Shown in pieces: positions 24,816 through 32,700 of a DNA stretch of 35,151 nt. Made by a program: the position numbers and the translations under genes. The notes under the pieces were generated by a model that saw nothing but the letters and a program-made list of their open reading frames with translations, made no database searches and was not told the origin of the DNA. Location: NCBI GenBank assembly GCA_031273075.1, contig JAISSM010000019.1, forward strand, positions 1 to 35,151, given 5' to 3'. The stretch is from Rickettsiales bacterium. Lineage in GTDB: Bacteria > Pseudomonadota > Alphaproteobacteria > Rs-D84. How positions within the stretch are numbered: position 1 is the first letter of the stretch; every line of letters begins with the position of its first letter.

Positions 24816-25118
24816 TTACCAACTTGATTTCCGGACGCCGGGAAGTTTTCCCTCGCTTGCCAATTGTCTCGTCTGCTGGCGGCAAAGGCCGAACTGACGG
24901 CTGTACGAGCGCGACCGGCCCGTGATCGCGCAGCGGTTGCGAAGACGCGTCTTGTTCGCGTTGCGCGGAAGTTTCGCCAGCTTTTTCATGGCGTCGATCC
25001 TTTCCTCAGGCGTCGCGTTAAGGGACATCTTCTCTTTCAAAAGATCGCGTTTGCGCGCGTATTTCGCGACCATCTTCACGCGCCTTTCCTGCTTCAAAAT
25101 CAATGCCTTCTTCGCCAT
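24816..25118 (-). CDS. rpsN: 30S ribosomal protein S14 (long form)
   Basis: [25 protein letters not shown]...LPGVRKSSW is canonical S14. Confidence 0.97.
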   Translation of the reverse strand: MAKKALILKQERRVKMVAKYARKRDLLKEKMSLNATPEERIDAMKKLAKLPRNANKTRLRNRCAITGRSRSYSRQFGLCRQQTRQLASEGKLPGVRKSSW

Positions 25119-25133
25119 ATCCGTTTTTCCTTT

Positions 25134-25679
25134 TTATTTGAGCACAAGCGGCAATCCCATTTTGGAAAGCAGCGCCCGGCCCTCGTCGTCCGTTTTCGCA
25201 CTCGTCGCGATTATTATGTCCATGCCGCGGATCGATTCCAACTTTTCAACCGATATCTCCGGGAAGATCAGATGTTCTTTGATCCCGAACGCATAGTTTC
25301 CTCTTCCGTCGAATTTCGATTTGGACAGCCCTTGAAAATCCTTGATGCGCGGAAGCGCGATCGTGACCAGCTTGTCGAAAAAGTCGTACATTCTTTTGCC
25401 GCGAAGGGTCACCATGGTTCCGACCGCCTGGCCTTCGCGCAGTTTGAAATTGGCTATGGATTTTTTCGCGAACGTCGTCTTCGGCTTTTGCGCCGCGATA
25501 AGCGTCATATCGGCGACGGCCGCGTCCAATTTTTTCTTGTCCAAAGCCCCCTCGCCCACGCCCATGTTCAAAACTATTTTCAAAAGTTTCGGAACCTGCA
25601 TATCGTTCTTGTATCCGAACTCGGCCTTAAGTTCCGGAACGATTTTGCTTTTATAAACATCAAACAATCTTGCCTTCAT
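25134..25679 (-). CDS. rplE: 50S ribosomal protein L5
   Basis: [25 protein letters not shown]... from ATG 25677-25679 with an AAGGTG SD. The longer track start is unlikely. Confidence 0.95.
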   Translation of the reverse strand: MKARLFDVYKSKIVPELKAEFGYKNDMQVPKLLKIVLNMGVGEGALDKKKLDAAVADMTLIAAQKPKTTFAKKSIANFKLREGQAVGTMVTLRGKRMYDFFDKLVTIALPRIKDFQGLSKSKFDGRGNYAFGIKEHLIFPEISVEKLESIRGMDIIIATSAKTDDEGRALLSKMGLPLVLK

Positions 25680-25738
25680 CTTCTTCACCTTTTGGCCTTC
25701 CGTTTCAGCGGTCGGCGGGTTTCGCCCCATTCTATCAT

Positions 25739-26068
25739 CTATTTCTTCGATTGCAACTTCTTAGATTGCAGTTTTTCGCCGGATTTTTTCGTCACGCGGA
25801 TCTTTTTCCCACTCTCCATCACGTACCCGACGCGCGACGGCTTTTTCGTTTTCTCGTCTAAAATCGCGACGTTGGAGACGTGTATCTTGGATTCCACGTC
25901 GTCGATATGCCCGGGCTTTTCCTTGGTCGGCTTCACATGCCTTTTTACGCGCGCGACGCCTTCGACCACGACTTTGGATTCGGCCGGATAGGCGGCGATG
26001 ACTTTGCCCTTCGCGCCTTTGAATTTTCCGGATATAACGACGACCTCGTCGCCTTTCAGTATCTTCAT
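25739..26068 (-). CDS. rplX: 50S ribosomal protein L24
   Basis: [23 protein letters not shown]... contains the KOW motif. Confidence 0.97.
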   Translation of the reverse strand: MKILKGDEVVVISGKFKGAKGKVIAAYPAESKVVVEGVARVKRHVKPTKEKPGHIDDVESKIHVSNVAILDEKTKKPSRVGYVMESGKKIRVTKKSGEKLQSKKLQSKK

Positions 26069-26071
26069 TTT

Positions 26072-26338
26072 TTACTCCACATCCACTTTGGTGTCCTGTT
26101 CCACGCCGATTTTCGATTTCAGTATCCATGTCTTGGTTTTTGAAATCGGACGGTGTTCCTCTATGGTCACGACTTCGCCGACTTTGCCGGAATTGTCTTC
26201 GTCGTGCGCCTTGTACTTTTTATTGTGCTTCACGAATTTTCCATACAGGGGATGGCGGAACTTGCGTTCCACCTCCACAACGACGGTCTTGTCGTTTTTA
26301 TTGCTGACTATTGTTCCTTGCAGTACTCTTCTAGGCAT
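26072..26338 (-). CDS. rpsQ: 30S ribosomal protein S17
   Basis: [36 protein letters not shown]... is canonical S17. It sits after rplN, which is a non-canonical position. Confidence 0.96.
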   Translation of the reverse strand: MPRRVLQGTIVSNKNDKTVVVEVERKFRHPLYGKFVKHNKKYKAHDEDNSGKVGEVVTIEEHRPISKTKTWILKSKIGVEQDTKVDVE

Positions 26339-26352
26339 CTTGTTTTCCTTTT

Positions 26353-26727
26353 TTATAATACTTCCGGCGCGAGGGAAATTATCTTCTGCACGTCGTATTT
26401 TTTTCTTGTTTCGCGCGCGACCGGTCCGAATATGCGGGTGCCGATGGGCTCGAAATTATTCTTATTTATCAGGACGACGGCGTTGTCGTCAAAGCGGATG
26501 ATGGATCCGTCCGCGCGCCGCGTCGGGAATTTCGTCCTTATTATAATGGCGCGCTGAACCGTTCCTTTCTGAACCTTGCCGCGCGGAATGGCGTCCTTTA
26601 TCGCGACGACGATTTTGTCGCCGACGGCCGCATAGCGGCGATGCGATCCGCCCAGCACTTTTATGCAAAGGCATTTTTTCGCGCCGCTGTTGTCCGCTAC
26701 GTTTAATATAGTTTCAGTTTGAATCAT
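26353..26727 (-). CDS. rplN: 50S ribosomal protein L14
   Basis: [28 protein letters not shown]... is canonical L14. Confidence 0.97.
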   Translation of the reverse strand: MIQTETILNVADNSGAKKCLCIKVLGGSHRRYAAVGDKIVVAIKDAIPRGKVQKGTVQRAIIIRTKFPTRRADGSIIRFDDNAVVLINKNNFEPIGTRIFGPVARETRKKYDVQKIISLAPEVL

Positions 26728-26746
26728 ATCTTTGTGTTTCCTTTAA

Positions 26747-26872
26747 CCTGTCGGGTCGCGTGAAATTCCCGCCACTTCGGGGCGGAGCCCGCCCACTCAT
26801 GTAACTATCCGTACACTTCGGGGCGGGTTCCACCCCAAATTGTCGGTTTTTGACGCGACGTTCTTGTTAGAC
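26747..26872 (-). repeat. intercistronic structured RNA element, type A full form (copy 3, rpmC|rplN)
   Basis: Outer stem GTCGCGT/ACGCGAC, a middle module, and the apical core CACTCATGTAACTATCCGTACACTTCGGGG. Confidence 0.8.
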
Positions 26873-26874
26873 TT

Positions 26875-27069
26875 TTATTTATTTGTTCCTTGCTTATTTA
26901 ACTTTGTCTTTATGCGGGCGACCTCGCGGCGATTTTTGCGGATCACGTGCGTCTTCGGCAATTGCCCCGCCGCATGTTGAAACCGAAGATTCATCCCGTC
27001 TTTTTTAAGATCGGCCAGTTTTGATTCCAACGCTTCCCTGTCCAAATTCACATCTTTCGCCTTTGCCAT
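26875..27069 (-). CDS. rpmC: 50S ribosomal protein L29
   Basis: ...LESKLADLKKDGMNLRFQHAAGQLPKTHVIRKNRREVARIKT is canonical L29. Confidence 0.95.
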   Translation of the reverse strand: MAKAKDVNLDREALESKLADLKKDGMNLRFQHAAGQLPKTHVIRKNRREVARIKTKLNKQGTNK

Positions 27070-27070
27070 T

Positions 27071-27265
27071 TTATTTCACCTCGTACTTTTTCAACTGCCT
27101 TTTTAACCGGCCATTTTGTTTCATCATCTTTTCAAATTTATCCTTTGCCGACGCCGTTTCTTCTTTTGCAAGAAAAACCTCTTTCATAATGTCCGTGTCC
27201 GATGCCAACTTCAAGATTTGATCCAAATGATACTTGATATTTTCAAACTCAAGCATCTTCGCCAT
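27071..27265 (-). CDS. orphan cistron between rplP and rpmC (64 aa, helical/charged)
   Basis: ATG 27263-27265 lies 2 nt after the rplP TAA, and its own TAA is 1 nt before the rpmC ATG. AT-rich. Starts MAKMLEFENIKYHLDQILKLASDTDIMKEVFLAKEE... Confidence 0.55.
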   Translation of the reverse strand: MAKMLEFENIKYHLDQILKLASDTDIMKEVFLAKEETASAKDKFEKMMKQNGRLKRQLKKYEVK

Positions 27266-27267
27266 TT

Positions 27268-27681
27268 TTAATTCGCCTTTCTTTCGACTATTTTCGTTTT
27301 GACCGGAAGCTTCGCGGACGCGAGCGTCAACGCCTCGATCGCGATTTCCGGCTTCACGCCGTCCATTTCGAATATTATGCGGCCCGGCTTTACGCGGCAC
27401 ACCCAGTATTCCACCGCGCCCTTTCCCTTTCCCATGCGGACGCCCAAGGGTTTTTTCGTCACCGGCACGTCCGGAAAAATGCGGATCCAAAGACGGCCAA
27501 GGCGGCGCATGCGGCGCGTGATGGCGCGGCGGGCGGCCTCTATCTGGCGGCTTGTCACGCGCTCCGGCGTCATGGCTTTAAGTCCGAACGACCCGAACGC
27601 AAGTTCCGATCCGCCTTTGGCGACGCCGTGAATGCGGCCCTTGTGCTGTTTCTTAAACTTTGTTTTCTTCGGTTGCAACAT
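27268..27681 (-). CDS. rplP: 50S ribosomal protein L16
   Basis: [24 protein letters not shown]... is canonical L16. Confidence 0.97.
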   Translation of the reverse strand: MLQPKKTKFKKQHKGRIHGVAKGGSELAFGSFGLKAMTPERVTSRQIEAARRAITRRMRRLGRLWIRIFPDVPVTKKPLGVRMGKGKGAVEYWVCRVKPGRIIFEMDGVKPEIAIEALTLASAKLPVKTKIVERKAN

Positions 27682-27699
27682 TTTCTTTTACCTTATCCG

Positions 27700-28407
27700 T
27701 CACGCGGGCCTTATTTGTCTTTCCGACGATGCGGCGAATTCCGTCGGGCGCGACAATTCGGCCGCCATTTTTTCCTTGTTCACGACGTCGCCGGTATAGA
27801 CCCAAACCTTGACGCCGATAACTCCGTACGTCGTTTTGGCCTGAATTGCCGCATAGTCGATGTCCGCGCGAAGCGTGTGAAGAGGAATCTGCCCTTCGCG
27901 GATCGATTCCGACCGCGCGATCTCCGCGCCGTTAAGACGGCCGCTGCACGTGATCTTGATTCCCTTAGCGCCGGATTTTTCCGCATTCTGCATCGCCTTT
28001 TTCATGGCGCGCTTAAACGACACGCGACCCTCTATCTGCTGGGCTATATTCTTTGCGACCAATTGCGCGTTCAAATCGGGCTTGCGAACTTCAAATATGT
28101 TCACGACAACCTGATCATTTTTGACCAGTCTTTTAACGGCGTTGCGAAGGGCCTCTATGTCCGCGCCGTTCTTTCCGATGATCATGCCCGGACGGGACGT
28201 GTGTATCGTCACGACAAGTTTTTTGGCAAAGCGCTCTATCACAACGCGGGCGAGGCCCGCCTTGGCCAGCTTTTTTTCGATAAAGTTACGAATCTTCACA
28301 TCTTCTATCAACAGGCCCGGATAGTCCTTTTTCGACGCGATCCAACGCGAATCCGGCGTCTTGTTTATGAATTGTCTTAATGAAACTGGTGATACCTTCT
28401 GCCCCAT
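27700..28407 (-). CDS. rpsC: 30S ribosomal protein S3
   Basis: [16 protein letters not shown]..., with a KH domain and a [12 protein letters not shown] motif. Confidence 0.97.
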   Translation of the reverse strand: MGQKVSPVSLRQFINKTPDSRWIASKKDYPGLLIEDVKIRNFIEKKLAKAGLARVVIERFAKKLVVTIHTSRPGMIIGKNGADIEALRNAVKRLVKNDQVVVNIFEVRKPDLNAQLVAKNIAQQIEGRVSFKRAMKKAMQNAEKSGAKGIKITCSGRLNGAEIARSESIREGQIPLHTLRADIDYAAIQAKTTYGVIGVKVWVYTGDVVNKEKMAAELSRPTEFAASSERQIRPA

Positions 28408-28427
28408 ATTTTTTATCCTTCTTTACT

Positions 28428-28551
28428 TGCCGGTTCGCGTTATAATGCGCCAAATCGGCACGAAACCTCCCCGCTCATGTAACTATCCGTACACTTCGGG
28501 GTCGGTTTCGCACCACCTTGGCACATTCTAACGCGAAGTCCTTGCTTGTCC
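28428..28551 (-). repeat. intercistronic structured RNA element, type B (copy 4, rplV|rpsC)
   Basis: In minus sense it folds into a rod hairpin of about 110 nt (stems of 9, 8, 11, 5 and 5 bp) with several G.U pairs. Same apical core as copies 1, 3 and 6. Confidence 0.8.
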
Positions 28552-28555
28552 ATTT

Positions 28556-28990
28556 TTATTTCTTTTTTGTTTCTTTTTTCTTTTCCGTTTTTGCGACTTT
28601 CGTTTTCTCTTTCGGCGCGGGCGCACCCGATTCCAAAACGATCGTAAGATGCGAGAACGGTTTCAAAATCGGCTTTGCCTGACCGCGCGGCCCGGCGCGA
28701 TAACGCTTCATCGTGATCGCCTTACCGACCCAGATTTCCTTCACGAACAAAGAGTCCGCGTTCATCTTCTTGTTGTTCTCCGCGTTGGCGATCGCGGACA
28801 AAAGGGTTTTCAAAACTTCGCCCGCAACGCGCTTTTTGGAAAATTTCAGCGCGTCGACCGCCTTCGCCACCGGAAGGCCGCGGACCAAATCCGTCACCAG
28901 TTGCAGTTTATACATAGACGTGCGGATAAGCTTGTTGTACGCGCGCACCTGATTTTCCGCCAAATTGTATCTTGTCTTTTCTTTCGCCAT
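28556..28990 (-). CDS. rplV: 50S ribosomal protein L22 with a Lys-rich C-terminal tail
   Basis: ...AYNKLIRTSMYKLQLVTDLVRGLPVAKAVDALKFSKKRVA... is canonical L22. Confidence 0.96.
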   Translation of the reverse strand: MAKEKTRYNLAENQVRAYNKLIRTSMYKLQLVTDLVRGLPVAKAVDALKFSKKRVAGEVLKTLLSAIANAENNKKMNADSLFVKEIWVGKAITMKRYRAGPRGQAKPILKPFSHLTIVLESGAPAPKEKTKVAKTEKKKETKKK

Positions 28991-29271
28991 TATTTCTTTT
29001 CCACCGCTTTTTTGTTCGCCGCGTGGCCCTTGAACGTCCGCGTCGGCGCGAATTCGCCAAGCTTGTGCCCTATCATATCCTCCACGACCGCGACCGGAAT
29101 AAATTTGCGCCCGTTGTGAACGTCGAACGTAAGCCCCACCATCTGGGGAATAACGGTCGATCCGCGCGACCAGGTCTTGATCGGCTTTTTATCGTTCGCT
29201 TCCAAAGCCTTTGCGGACTTTTTCAACACGGATGGATGAACGTATGGACCTTTCCACACACTTCTTGTCAT
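28990..29271 (-). CDS. rpsS: 30S ribosomal protein S19
   Basis: [18 protein letters not shown]...[16 protein letters not shown] from ATG 29269-29271. Confidence 0.96.
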   Translation of the reverse strand: MTRSVWKGPYVHPSVLKKSAKALEANDKKPIKTWSRGSTVIPQMVGLTFDVHNGRKFIPVAVVEDMIGHKLGEFAPTRTFKGHAANKKAVEKK

Positions 29272-29292
29272 TTTATTTGTTCCTTTTTTACT

Positions 29293-29376
29293 CTGCCGGG
29301 TCGCGTGAAATTCCCGCCACTTCGGGGCGGGGTCCACCCCAAATTGTCGGTTTTTGACGCGACGTCCTTGCTTGCC
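29293..29376 (-). repeat. intercistronic structured RNA element, type A intermediate form (copy 5, rplB|rpsS)
   Basis: Outer stem plus the middle module (cccgcc-acttcgg-ggcggg; ggtccacccc), without the apical core. Confidence 0.75.
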
Positions 29377-29397
29377 TATTTTCTTTTATTTACCTTT

Positions 29398-30231
29398 TTA
29401 TTTCTTCTTGCTCAAGTGACGAGAGCGGATAATGAACTTCTGCGTCAGTTTGTTTTTCCGCGTGCGGAATCCTTTGGCCAAAACGCCGGTCCTGGATTGC
29501 GGATGATGCCCCTTGCCGCGGCCGTTTCCGCCGCCGTGCGGATGGTCGACCGGATTCATGGCGACGCCGCGCGTCGTCGGGCGAATGCCCTTCCACCTTG
29601 CGCGGCCGGCTTTGCCCAAATTGATATTGCGCTGATCCGGATTGGATACGACGCCGATCGTGGCCATGCAATCGGAATGAACTTTGCGAAGTTCGCCCGA
29701 ACCCATCCTTATCTGGGCGTAAACGCCGTCCTTGCCCATAAGCTGAACCCCGCAGCCCGCGCTTCGCGCGAATTGGGCACCCGCGCCGGGTTTCGTTTCC
29801 ACATTATGAATCGTCGTTCCGATCGGAATATTTTTAAGCGGCATCGCGTTGCCCGGCATGATGTCCGCCGTATCGCTTGCGACGACCGTATCCCCGACCT
29901 TCAATTTCTGCGGCGCCAGGATATACGACTTTTCGCCGTCTTTGTATTCCAAAAGCGCGATGAATCCCGTTCTGTTCGGATCATATTCAAGGCGCACGAC
30001 CTTCGCCGGAACGTCTTTTTTAGAGCGCTTGAAATCGATCAGGCGGTATTTTTTCTTGTGCCCGGCGCCCTGATGCGGAACGGTCAGGCGTCCGTAATTG
30101 TTGCGGCCGCCTTTCGATTTGATGCCTCTGGTCAACGATTTTTCCGGATCGCCCTTATGCAGTTCGGAATGGTCGACAAGAACCATGCCGCGCATTCCGG
30201 GGGTAACTGGTTTATAGGTTTTAAGAGCCAT
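29398..30231 (-). CDS. rplB: 50S ribosomal protein L2
   Basis: [17 protein letters not shown]...[24 protein letters not shown] from ATG 30229-30231. Confidence 0.97.
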   Translation of the reverse strand: MALKTYKPVTPGMRGMVLVDHSELHKGDPEKSLTRGIKSKGGRNNYGRLTVPHQGAGHKKKYRLIDFKRSKKDVPAKVVRLEYDPNRTGFIALLEYKDGEKSYILAPQKLKVGDTVVASDTADIMPGNAMPLKNIPIGTTIHNVETKPGAGAQFARSAGCGVQLMGKDGVYAQIRMGSGELRKVHSDCMATIGVVSNPDQRNINLGKAGRARWKGIRPTTRGVAMNPVDHPHGGGNGRGKGHHPQSRTGVLAKGFRTRKNKLTQKFIIRSRHLSKKK

Positions 30232-30290
30232 TTCTTTACCTTTTCGATCCGTCTCTAACATCGCTTTGGATTATCAGACGAATTCCTTTT

Positions 30291-30650
30291 TTACTTTTTC
30301 GCGCTTTCGGCCAAAACGTCCACGCCGTGACCTTTAGGCAAAGTCACATACGCTTTTTTGACCGTCTTTTGCGCGCCTTTATTTTTTCCGCGGAAAGATT
30401 TCACCTTTCCTTTTATATTCGCTACGTTCACTTTTTTCGGCGAAACGCCGTAAATCGCCAAAATCGCGTTCTCTATGTCTTTCTTGGTCGCATTCGGCGC
30501 AACTTCAAAAACAAGACCGTCCGATTCGGCCAACTTAGCGGCCTTTTCGGAAATGATCGGCCGGCGCAAAACGTCATAGACCCCCGCCGTCACGACCGCC
30601 TTTTTTTCAACCTTTTTTCCCGTCGAAACTTTCGCTTTCTTTTCCGTCAT
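30291..30650 (-). CDS. rplW: 50S ribosomal protein L23
   Basis: ...YDVLRRPIISEKAAKLAESDGLVFEVAPNATKKDIENAILAIYGV... is canonical L23. Confidence 0.95.
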   Translation of the reverse strand: MTEKKAKVSTGKKVEKKAVVTAGVYDVLRRPIISEKAAKLAESDGLVFEVAPNATKKDIENAILAIYGVSPKKVNVANIKGKVKSFRGKNKGAQKTVKKAYVTLPKGHGVDVLAESAKK

Positions 30651-30967
30651 TGTTTTACCTTTGCGCTTTTCTTTTGTGCGATTTTCTTTACATGAACGAA
30701 AAACTGCGTCGTCACCGACGGCTTCCCTCTTTTGTTTTTGTTTGTTTCACTGGATTTGAAATTAAATTTTCCGACCCTATATCCTTCTTCTTTTAAGCTC
30801 ATATTTACAAGACTTTTGACTGCGCTTATGGGAAGATCATTCGCTTCAGATTGTCCTTCTATCGTCACCACCGCCATAAGCTCTTCTTTAGGCAACCCAC
30901 CCTCGGGAAAATTATTCATGATTGCCAGTTCAGTCTTTTTCGAAGGAAGCTTAATCGTATACGCCAT
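30647..30967 (-). CDS. orphan cistron between rplD and rplW (106 aa, basic C-terminal tail)
   Basis: ATG 30965-30967 lies 1 nt after the rplD TAA, and its stop overlaps the rplW ATG (ATGA). AT-rich. Starts MAYTIKLPSKKTELAIMNNFPEGG and ends KNKRGKPSVTTQFFVHVKKIAQKKSAKVKQ. Confidence 0.6.
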   Translation of the reverse strand: MAYTIKLPSKKTELAIMNNFPEGGLPKEELMAVVTIEGQSEANDLPISAVKSLVNMSLKEEGYRVGKFNFKSSETNKNKRGKPSVTTQFFVHVKKIAQKKSAKVKQ

Positions 30968-30968
30968 T

Positions 30969-31592
30969 TTATCCGCCCAACCTTTCTTCAAGCGCTTTCG
31001 CGCCGTCTTTTGTCAGAACCAAAGCCTTGTGCCTTAGAATATCGCGAACGTTCGCGCCGATCGCCGGCAAGACATCCACGTTCTTTATGTTCGCGATGGA
31101 TTTCTTAAAATTCGCGTCGATTTCGGCGCCGCCTATGAACAACGCCGAAGTCAGTTTCATTTTCGCCAACTTTTTCGCCACGTCGCCCGTCTTCGCCGCG
31201 GCGACTTTTTCCGAATCCAGAACGACAAGCGTCTTTGCGGCAGCATGGGACGACAGCGCCATTTTAAGCCCAAGCGTTCTGATTTTCTTCGGAAGGTCCA
31301 GCGCGTGCGAGCGCAAGACCGGCCCATGGATCACGCCGCCGCCGCGCATATGAACGTTGCGCTTTTCGCCCTGGCGCGCGTTTCCGGTTTTCTTTTGCTT
31401 GTAAACTTTGCGGCCGGATCCCGAAACGTCGGAAACGGATTTAACGGCATGCGTTCCCTGGCGCGCGTTGGCCAATTGCCAGTGAACAACCCGCTGTAGA
31501 ATATCCGCGCGCGCATCAACGCCGAAAACCGCGTCGGACAATTCCGCGCTTCCCGCGACCTTTCCGTCAAAATTTATCACATCCATTTTCAT
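30969..31592 (-). CDS. rplD: 50S ribosomal protein L4
   Basis: ...GSGRKVYKQKKTGNARQGEKRNVHMRGGGVIHGP... is canonical L4. Confidence 0.97.
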   Translation of the reverse strand: MKMDVINFDGKVAGSAELSDAVFGVDARADILQRVVHWQLANARQGTHAVKSVSDVSGSGRKVYKQKKTGNARQGEKRNVHMRGGGVIHGPVLRSHALDLPKKIRTLGLKMALSSHAAAKTLVVLDSEKVAAAKTGDVAKKLAKMKLTSALFIGGAEIDANFKKSIANIKNVDVLPAIGANVRDILRHKALVLTKDGAKALEERLGG

Positions 31593-32350
31593 TTTTTCTC
31601 TTCCGGATTTTCCGCCATAACTTCCGCGGCGTCTTCGGTCTTGCTTTCTTCTTTTATCTCTTCATCGACTTCGACCGCGGATGCGGATTTTGTCGGCATG
31701 GGCAAATCGCCCTGCTCTTTCTTTATCGCGTCCGTGACCATTACGAACGTTCCGTTCGCGCCGGGAACGGAGCCCTCCACAAAAATCAAATTCTCTTTCT
31801 CGTCGATTCCGAACACTTTAAGGTTTTGAACCGACACCAATTCGTTCCCCATCTGCCCCGCCATTTTGCGGCCTTTGAACACGCGGCCGGGCCATTCGCG
31901 GTTTCCGATGGAACCCAATCCGCGATGCGCCTTAAGAACCCCGTGCGACGCTTCCTTTCCGCCGAAATTATGGCGCTTCATTGCGCCTTGAAATCCTTTG
32001 CCCTTGGACGTCGATTGAACGTCGACAAGCTGTCCTGAAACAAAATGTCCCGCGGACATGGGTGTCCCGGCGGGAACGATGCAGTCTTCGGAAACGCGAA
32101 ATTCACACACCTTGCGGTAGAGTTTCACCCCGTCTTTTTTCGCGGCGGCTATCTGCGGCTTCGCCATATGCTTTTCCTTGGCCTCCGACATGCCCAGCAC
32201 GACCGCGCTGTATCCGTTTTTATCGACGCTTCTCGTTCCGACGACCGAACAGTCGCCGACCGAAAGCACGGTGACGCCCTTCGCGGCGCCATTGCCGTCG
32301 AACAATCGCGTCATTCCAACTTTTTTCGTTATCAGTCCCGAACGTCTCAT
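31589..32350 (-). CDS. rplC: 50S ribosomal protein L3 with an acidic C-terminal extension
   Basis: MRRSGLITKKVGMTRLFDGNG... from ATG 32348-32350 with a GAAAGGG SD. The track start at 32365 is a TTG. Confidence 0.95.
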   Translation of the reverse strand: MRRSGLITKKVGMTRLFDGNGAAKGVTVLSVGDCSVVGTRSVDKNGYSAVVLGMSEAKEKHMAKPQIAAAKKDGVKLYRKVCEFRVSEDCIVPAGTPMSAGHFVSGQLVDVQSTSKGKGFQGAMKRHNFGGKEASHGVLKAHRGLGSIGNREWPGRVFKGRKMAGQMGNELVSVQNLKVFGIDEKENLIFVEGSVPGANGTFVMVTDAIKKEQGDLPMPTKSASAVEVDEEIKEESKTEDAAEVMAENPEEKK

Positions 32351-32375
32351 TTTATGCCCTTTCAAGCCATGCGGC

Positions 32376-32690
32376 TTATAATTTTATCTTTACATCCACT
32401 CCGCTCGCCAGATCCAACTTCATCAGGGCATCTACTGTCTGAGGGGTTGGATTCACAATATCGATCACGCGCTTGTGATTGCGAATTTCAAATTGTTCGC
32501 GCGACTTTTTGTTCGCGTGCGGCGAACGGTTGACCGTGAACTTCTGTATCATGGTCGGCAAAGGAACGGGCCCGACAACCTTCGCGCCGGTGCGGTCCGC
32601 GGTCTTCTTGATCTCGTCGGCCGCCTCTATAAGCGTCCTGTGATCATAGGCGGTCAATTTAATCCTTATCCTCTGCGAATCCATAGCCAT
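32376..32690 (-). CDS. rpsJ: 30S ribosomal protein S10
   Basis: ...[41 protein letters not shown]... is canonical S10. Confidence 0.97.
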   Translation of the reverse strand: MAMDSQRIRIKLTAYDHRTLIEAADEIKKTADRTGAKVVGPVPLPTMIQKFTVNRSPHANKKSREQFEIRNHKRVIDIVNPTPQTVDALMKLDLASGVDVKIKL

Positions 32691-32700
32691 CTTCTTTTAA

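Noticed and set aside
25680-25738. Small GGGCGAAACCC hairpin in the rplX|rplE spacer considered as an S8 operator mimic
   Set aside because: The position is analogous to the E. coli S8 site, but I cannot demonstrate similarity to the 16S helix 21 S8-binding motif from the sequence alone.
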